This document shows positions 58,567-64,000 of a DNA stretch of 64,000 nt, one piece after another. Each line of letters starts with the position of its first letter. The stretch's first letter is position 1. Under the pieces are notes generated by a model, which saw nothing but the letters and a program-made list of their open reading frames with translations, had not been told where the DNA came from and ran no database searches. The translations under genes and the position numbers were made by a program. The stretch comes from Candidatus Latescibacterota bacterium (GTDB taxonomy: Bacteria > Latescibacterota > UBA2968 > UBA8231): positions 864,001 to 928,000 of the forward strand of contig OZ242318.1 in the NCBI GenBank assembly GCA_965208105.1, read 5' to 3'.

Positions 58567-60354
58567 ATGGCCCGCATTCCCGACGAAACCATCGAGCGCA
58601 TCCAGGCCGCCACGGATATCGTCGACCTCGTCTCCGAGTATGTCGAACTCAGGAAGCGAGGGCGCAATTTTTTCGGTCCCTGCCCGTTCCACACCGAGAG
58701 AACCCCTTCCTTCAGCGTCAATCCCCAACTTCAAATCTACCGCTGCTTTGGCTGCGGCGCCGGCGGCAATGCCTTCAAATTCATTCAGGAGATTGACAAC
58801 GTCAGCTTCGTCGAGGCGGTCTCCTTCCTCGCCCGGCGCAGCGGCATAGCCCTGCCCCAGTCCGGGGCAACGGCTGATCTGGGAGAGTTCAGCGATCCGG
58901 TATACCGGGCAAACGAGTTGGCGCAGAAATACTTCCACCACATGTTACTCGTTGACGAGGGAGGCCGGGATGCGCTCGGATACCTCTTGGGCCGGGGCAT
59001 CCAGGACGAGACCATTGCGCGCTTCGGCCTTGGCTATGCCCCGCCCCGCTGGGATGCCTTGCTCAAGGTTCTGAACCGGCGCGATTTCGATTCCGCCCTC
59101 GCCGAGAAGGCCGGCCTGGCGCTGCCCCGCCAGAGCGGCCAGGGCCACTACGACCGCTTCAGAGACCGGATCACCTTTCCCATTGCCAATCTGTCTGGCC
59201 GCACCATTGCCTTCGGGGCCCGCTCCCTGAGGTCGGACCAGGAGCCCAAGTACTTGAACTCTCCGGAGAGTCCGATCTACCGCAAGAGCCGGGTGCTGTA
59301 TGGCTTGAATCAGACCCGCGGTGAAATTCGCCGGGCAGGACTCGTTCTGGTCGTGGAAGGCTACATGGACCTGCTCAGTCTGGTGCAGCGGGGCATTCCC
59401 AACGTGGTGGCTTCGGCCGGGACGGCACTTACCCCCGAGCAGAGCCAGGTCCTGGGGCGCTACGCCCCGGAGGTGGTCCTCGTCTTCGATGGCGATCTGG
59501 CCGGTTCTTCCGCGGCTCAGCGCGCAGTCGAGGTGCTCCTGGGCACGGGCATGGACGCTAGGGTGGTATCTCTCCCCCCTGAACACGACCCGGACTCCTT
59601 TGTCCGGGAGGAAGGTCCCGACGCGCTGCTGGCTGCCGTGGAGAAGGCACAGTCCGTGCTCGACTTCTACCTGGATCAAACCGCCCGCCGGAGCGATCTG
59701 ACCACCGTTCAGGGCAAGACCAGGGCCATCGAAGCGTTCAAGCCCCTGCTCGCCCGCTGCCGGGACGCGGTGCGGCGGGACCTGATGCTGCGCGAGGCGG
59801 CCCAGCGCCTCGGCGTCGACGAACCCGCCCTGCGCCAGGAAGTTCAGCGCCTCTTCCGCAGCAGGCGGCCGGCGGACAGGCTCTCCGCAGCGCCTTCTGC
59901 CGGTCGGGAGGACCCTCCCCTGTGGGAGAAGGAATTTCTGGGTCTGCTGCTTGCCCATCCCTCCTACATTTCCCGCACGGCGGAAATCCTCGAGCCCGAG
60001 GCCTTCGTCGACGTCCGCTCTCAGCGCATCGTTCGGGTTCTATTCCAGGAATATCAGGGCGCCGAAGCCCTCGATCTCTCCCTCCTCATGAGCAGAATCG
60101 AGGACGAGGCCACCGTCAAATTGCTTTCGGCATGTGCGATGCTGGAACTTTCGGAGGCGCAAGTCGAAGAATACTGGCGGGACACCATGCTGCGTTTCCA
60201 GTCCGGATCTCTGACGCGCCGGATCGATCAGTTGAAGCAAAGCCTGACCGCCGCCGCCCGGAGCGGGGACGACGCAGCCACCGAGCAACTGACCTCCGAG
60301 TTGGATGACCTGGTGAAAAGGCGCATGGATCTGGAAGCCCCACAAGGGTCTTGA
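58567..60354 (+). CDS. dnaG: DNA primase
   Basis: CPFHTERTPSF, CFGCG, DRFRDRITFPI, KYLNSPE, VEGYMD, FDGDLAG, DPD. Confidence 0.97.
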   Translation: MARIPDETIERIQAATDIVDLVSEYVELRKRGRNFFGPCPFHTERTPSFSVNPQLQIYRCFGCGAGGNAFKFIQEIDNVSFVEAVSFLARRSGIALPQSGATADLGEFSDPVYRANELAQKYFHHMLLVDEGGRDALGYLLGRGIQDETIARFGLGYAPPRWDALLKVLNRRDFDSALAEKAGLALPRQSGQGHYDRFRDRITFPIANLSGRTIAFGARSLRSDQEPKYLNSPESPIYRKSRVLYGLNQTRGEIRRAGLVLVVEGYMDLLSLVQRGIPNVVASAGTALTPEQSQVLGRYAPEVVLVFDGDLAGSSAAQRAVEVLLGTGMDARVVSLPPEHDPDSFVREEGPDALLAAVEKAQSVLDFYLDQTARRSDLTTVQGKTRAIEAFKPLLARCRDAVRRDLMLREAAQRLGVDEPALRQEVQRLFRSRRPADRLSAAPSAGREDPPLWEKEFLGLLLAHPSYISRTAEILEPEAFVDVRSQRIVRVLFQEYQGAEALDLSLLMSRIEDEATVKLLSACAMLELSEAQVEEYWRDTMLRFQSGSLTRRIDQLKQSLTAAARSGDDAATEQLTSELDDLVKRRMDLEAPQGS

Positions 60355-60406
60355 CCACACCTGAAAATCCCTTAGTTTAACCCACGCTGTCCGGCAGCAG
60401 CCAGGA

Positions 60407-60483
60407 GGGCCCATAGCTCAGTTGGTTAGAGCGACGGACTCATAATCCGTTGGTCGTAGGTTCGAGTCCTACTGGGCCCACCA
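60407..60483 (+). tRNA. tRNA with CAT anticodon, most likely tRNA-Ile2 (lysidine)
   Basis: GGGCCCA/TGGGCCC acceptor stem, CTCATAA loop, GGTTCGAGTCC, encoded CCA; lacks initiator features. Confidence 0.9.
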
Positions 60484-60666
60484 TCAAACAACACGCTCTG
60501 GATCATGTGCCTGTATTCTCCAGCCCGGATACTCTCGCGGACCCTCTTCGATAAAGGGGGCCCGTCAGTGCCGGGAATGTCATCATCGATCTGACCCCTC
60601 CTCTCAATCAACCCTGTATCCAGGAATGACAGGCGAAGAGCTGGCTTCGCGCGGCACGAAAATTCG

Positions 60667-60743
60667 GGGCGATTAGCTCAGCTGGTTAGAGCGCTGGTTT
60701 CACATACCAGAGGTCACTGGTTCAAGTCCAGTATCGCCCACCA
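60667..60743 (+). tRNA. tRNA-Val(CAC)
   Basis: GGGCGAT/ATCGCCC stem, CTGGT-TTCACAT-ACCAG anticodon arm, GGTTCAAGTCC, encoded CCA. Confidence 0.93.
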
Positions 60744-60755
60744 TGCTACATCGAC

Positions 60756-60803
60756 GGACAGAGAGTTCGAGAACTGAAACCCTCGTGCTCTCTGTCCTGT
60801 TTT
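60756..60803 (+). terminator. Probable terminator after the tRNAs
   Basis: GGACAGAGAG..CGAG / CTCG..CTCTCTGTCC stem followed by TGTTTT. Confidence 0.6.
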
Positions 60804-60901
60804 CGCACCTGACCATGCTCAATTCAGGGAGCCGGCCGGAATGACCTCGCATCGGCGCGGCAACAGCATCCTTGCACATAGGGGGAAACGGGAATAGCAA
60901 C

Positions 60902-61963
60902 ATGCCCCATTTTACCGCAAAAGAACTTGAAAAGGCGGCCGCGGACATCGTCACGGCCGCCGGCGCGTCACCTGAAAACGCACAAATCGTCGCCGAGCTT
61001 CTGGCCGAGGCCAACAGCACCGGTCACGATTCCCACGGCCTCATCCGCATCCCCCAGTACCTGGCCGCAGTCGACAAGGGCGAGGTGATCTGCGATGCCG
61101 AGGTCGAGGTCCTGAAGGAAAGCAAGCTCATGGCGATCGTCGACGGGCACTGGGGATTCGGGCAGGTGACCATGAGCCGGGCCGTGGAGGTCGGACTCCG
61201 CAAGGCGGGGGAAAACGGCATGGCCGCCATCGCGGTGCGCGGGGCCAACCACATCGGGCGTCTCGGAAGCTATGTCGAACGGATCGCGCGGCGGGAAATG
61301 ATCGGGTTGCTCTTCGTAAATGCCGTGGGCACTCCCGCGTACAGAATGGCGCCCTGGGGCGGGACCGAACCCCGCCTCGTCACCGATCCCCTGGCCGTGG
61401 GAATCCCCTCTGCAACCCTCGAACCCGTCGTCGTCGACATGACCACCACGGTGGTCGCCGAGGGAAAGGTACGGGTGAGGCGCAACCGCGGGGAAGAGAC
61501 TCCCGACGGTTGGCTTCTCGATCCGGATGGGAAACCCACCAACGATCCCAACATGCTCTACGGAGACCCGCCGGGCAGCATTCTGCCATTGGGGGGAACC
61601 GCCGCGGGCCACAAGGGCTACGGTCTCAACGTGGCCATCGAACTGCTGGCCGGCGTGCTGAGCGGCACGGGGTGCATCGGCAAGGACCAGCAGCTCAGCA
61701 ACGGAGTGCTGTTGATCCTCCTGGATATTTCCCAGTTTCTTCCCCTGGAGGAATTCTACCGCGAAGCCGGGACCTTCATCAGCCACGTCAAGTCCTCACC
61801 GCCGGCTGCGGGCTTCGAAGAGATCCTGCTTCCCGGGGAGATCGAACAGAAGGTCAAGCGCCAGCGGGCGGCCGAAGGCATCTTCATAGAGGACGAGACC
61901 TGGTCGCAGGTCGTGGACTGGGGCCGCAAGCTGGGGGTGGACCTGCAGCGCGGTCCTGGATGA
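60902..61963 (+). CDS. Ldh_2 family (malate/L-lactate/sulfolactate-type) dehydrogenase
   Basis: GHDSHG, DGHWGFGQ, NHIGRLG, DMTTT, GHKGYGL. Confidence 0.9.
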   Translation: MPHFTAKELEKAAADIVTAAGASPENAQIVAELLAEANSTGHDSHGLIRIPQYLAAVDKGEVICDAEVEVLKESKLMAIVDGHWGFGQVTMSRAVEVGLRKAGENGMAAIAVRGANHIGRLGSYVERIARREMIGLLFVNAVGTPAYRMAPWGGTEPRLVTDPLAVGIPSATLEPVVVDMTTTVVAEGKVRVRRNRGEETPDGWLLDPDGKPTNDPNMLYGDPPGSILPLGGTAAGHKGYGLNVAIELLAGVLSGTGCIGKDQQLSNGVLLILLDISQFLPLEEFYREAGTFISHVKSSPPAAGFEEILLPGEIEQKVKRQRAAEGIFIEDETWSQVVDWGRKLGVDLQRGPG

Positions 61964-62025
61964 AAACCGCCCCTACCCTGTTTTCAGCCGATCCCTCCAG
62001 GCAAACTTCGAAGAGGCGATGATCC

Positions 62026-62955
62026 ATGGGTTCACAGGCGATGAAAACGATCACTCCCTACGCGGAGTGCACCGGTCTTCTGAACGACCCGGAGCAACTC
62101 AGGACGGCGGCGGCGGAAAGGGGATATCTCTTCTTCCGGGGCCTTTTTCCTCCTGAAGACCTGCTGGCCGTGCGCCGCGACGTGCTCCGGGTAGCGAAGC
62201 GCCACGGGTTTCTCAGGCACGGGAGCAACCCTGAGGACGGCATAGCGCGGGATGGGGTATTCGTGAGCGAAAACGCCCCTACTCCGGAATACAGGAGCTA
62301 CTACAACGACGTGCTCAGGCTGCGCAGTTTCCATGCCCTCGCCCATCACCCGGCATTGCTGCAGGTGCTGCGAAAATTGTTCGGGGAGCTTGTCCTCGTC
62401 CATCCCCGGCACATCTGCCATACCGTTTTCCCGGGGAGGAAGCAGTTTACGACCCCTCCCCATCAGGACTTCCATCCCGTGCGAGGCACTCCCGACACCT
62501 GGACAGTATGGACTCCGCTGGGAGATTGCGGCCCTGAACTGGGGGGCGGCCTCGGAATTGTCCCGGGTTCACACCTGAGAGGAATGATAGCCGGCGATGA
62601 TGATTCGATTGAGCTGGAGGTGGACCCGGATGCCGGGTGGGTCTGGAGCCCGACGAAATGCGGCGACGTCGTCATGTTCTACAGCCTGTCGATCCACCAG
62701 GCCCGGGACAACGTCAGCGGCGACCGCATCCGCCTTGCCACCAGCTTTCGCAACCAGCCTGCCAGTCACCCGGTGGACGAACACTCCCTGATTCCGCACA
62801 TGCGCTGGCTGGACTGGGACGACATCTACGCGGACTGGCCCGCGGACGATCCGCTCAGGTATTACTGGCGCTCCCTCGACCTCCACGTACAGCCTCACTG
62901 GAAATCCGACAGGGCAGATTCCGCACCGCTGGTGGAATCGATTCAAGAGCGCTAG
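62026..62955 (+). CDS. PhyH family dioxygenase
   Basis: RGYLFFRG, TPPHQD, WTPLGD, VPGSH, SIHQA. Confidence 0.88.
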   Translation: MGSQAMKTITPYAECTGLLNDPEQLRTAAAERGYLFFRGLFPPEDLLAVRRDVLRVAKRHGFLRHGSNPEDGIARDGVFVSENAPTPEYRSYYNDVLRLRSFHALAHHPALLQVLRKLFGELVLVHPRHICHTVFPGRKQFTTPPHQDFHPVRGTPDTWTVWTPLGDCGPELGGGLGIVPGSHLRGMIAGDDDSIELEVDPDAGWVWSPTKCGDVVMFYSLSIHQARDNVSGDRIRLATSFRNQPASHPVDEHSLIPHMRWLDWDDIYADWPADDPLRYYWRSLDLHVQPHWKSDRADSAPLVESIQER

Positions 62956-62994
62956 CGTCCCGGCAATTGCCCGAAAAACGAAGGAAGTGTTTGT

Positions 62995-63891
62995 ATGGCG
63001 CAGGACTGGGTCAACGCCGGCGAAAAGGACGAGTATCTCGTCGACTACCTGTTCGATCTCAATGGATACATCATCCTGAAGGAGGCCGTCGGCAGAGGAG
63101 ACCTGGAGGAGATGAACCAGTGGGTCGACGACCACTGGAGCTACGCAGCCAGCCCGCGGCGCAGCCGCGGCCGCGATTCCGGCACCTGGATCGGCAATGT
63201 GGAGACCCACACCTACAGCGAAGCAGACGGATGCAATTTTCAGAACATCATCGAGGGGGGACCGGTGTTCCGCCGCTTGATAAACCATCCCGCCTGGATC
63301 GGCCATTGCCGCCGCTGGATCAACCCGACCAACGGAATCTCCATTCACGAGAATTTGCTCAACGTCAGGGGGCGGAGCGGCTATATCGGCATCCATTGCG
63401 GAGGCGCCGCCCCCATCAGCTACCTCACCTTCCGTCAGGAAAACACCGGAGAATGGATGGTGGGACAGGTAAACGTCATATGCGCCTTGCGCGACATAGG
63501 CCCCGGAGACGGGGCCACCACGGTCGTGCCAGGGAGCCATAAATCGGCAATGAGGCACCCCATGCTGGTCGGCGAACAGCACGTCTACCGCAGCGACGCG
63601 GCCGCCGGTGACCAGATCGGCATGGAGGAACTCCACCTCGGCGCCGGCGACGTTCTCATGCTCACCGATGCGATTACCCACGGGTCTGCCGGCAGGACAA
63701 ACGAAGGCTTCAGGCGCATCACCCTTTACCGCTATTCACCGAGACTGTTGCGGAGCCGGTTTCACTACGTCCCCAGCCCGGAGCTGCTGGAGCAACTCGA
63801 CGACGAGCAGCGCGAGATCGTGCAACCGATCCCACCCCGGCTCGCCCCCCACCGCAGCATGAGTTACGAGGAACTGCACAGGGCAGGTTGA
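62995..63891 (+). CDS. PhyH family Fe(II)/2OG enzyme with HxG metal motif
   Basis: YLFDLNGY, GIHCGG, DGATTVVPGSHK, GDVL, ITHGS, RRITLYRY. Confidence 0.85.
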   Translation: MAQDWVNAGEKDEYLVDYLFDLNGYIILKEAVGRGDLEEMNQWVDDHWSYAASPRRSRGRDSGTWIGNVETHTYSEADGCNFQNIIEGGPVFRRLINHPAWIGHCRRWINPTNGISIHENLLNVRGRSGYIGIHCGGAAPISYLTFRQENTGEWMVGQVNVICALRDIGPGDGATTVVPGSHKSAMRHPMLVGEQHVYRSDAAAGDQIGMEELHLGAGDVLMLTDAITHGSAGRTNEGFRRITLYRYSPRLLRSRFHYVPSPELLEQLDDEQREIVQPIPPRLAPHRSMSYEELHRAG

Positions 63892-63924
63892 AGACCGGTA
63901 GCCCCGGGGCGGGGGCGGGACGGG

Positions 63925-64000
63925 TCAGCCACGGCTGCCGAAAACCAGTGGCAGGTCATCGCCCTCGTCGGGATGCGGAGGCGCGGCAGCATCCACGTAA
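63925..64000 (-). CDS. 3' end of an unidentified gene (partial)
   Basis: Minus frame YVDAAAPPHPDEGDDLPLVFGSRG* runs in from the window edge. Confidence 0.4.
   Translation of the reverse strand, partial: YVDAAAPPHPDEGDDLPLVFGSRG

Noticed and set aside
60407-60800. tRNAs as island integration sites
   Set aside because: No integrase and no duplicated tRNA 3' end seen in the window

Overview
GC-rich bacterial chromosome segment. The gene content (six PhyH-type Fe(II)/2-oxoglutarate dioxygenases, beta-propeller hydrolases, WD40/LRR secreted proteins, dockerin-like 'DFDGDG.V.F.DFFLFA..F' tags, an FlgD-type C-terminal domain) suggests an FCB-group lineage such as Latescibacterota, possibly a marine host-associated one; this is inference only. 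1-11.7 kb: catabolic enzymes plus a RAPP-motif leader peptide upstream of a His-rich lipoprotein. 11.7-18.3 kb: a MITE-bounded sigma54 two-component module. 21-41.5 kb: a decaying accessory region with a 1813-aa metalloprotease-WD40-Ig protein, IS3/ISL3 remnants and many internally deleted or frameshifted genes. 41.5-48.6 kb: a co-oriented PhyH / transporter / SucCD-like / MaoC cluster. 50-60.8 kb: housekeeping genes (recA, radA, prmC, prfA, rpmE, rho, dnaG, two tRNAs). Best leads: (1) a putative metal-sensing RAPP ribosome-arrest leader controlling a His-rich lipoprotein, (2) a ZraSR/ZraP-like sigma54 module with uncharacterised envelope proteins, (3) a PhyH enzyme with an HxG halogenase-type iron site, (4) a divergent SucCD plus MaoC pair. 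All family calls come from motif recognition by eye; no database search was run.
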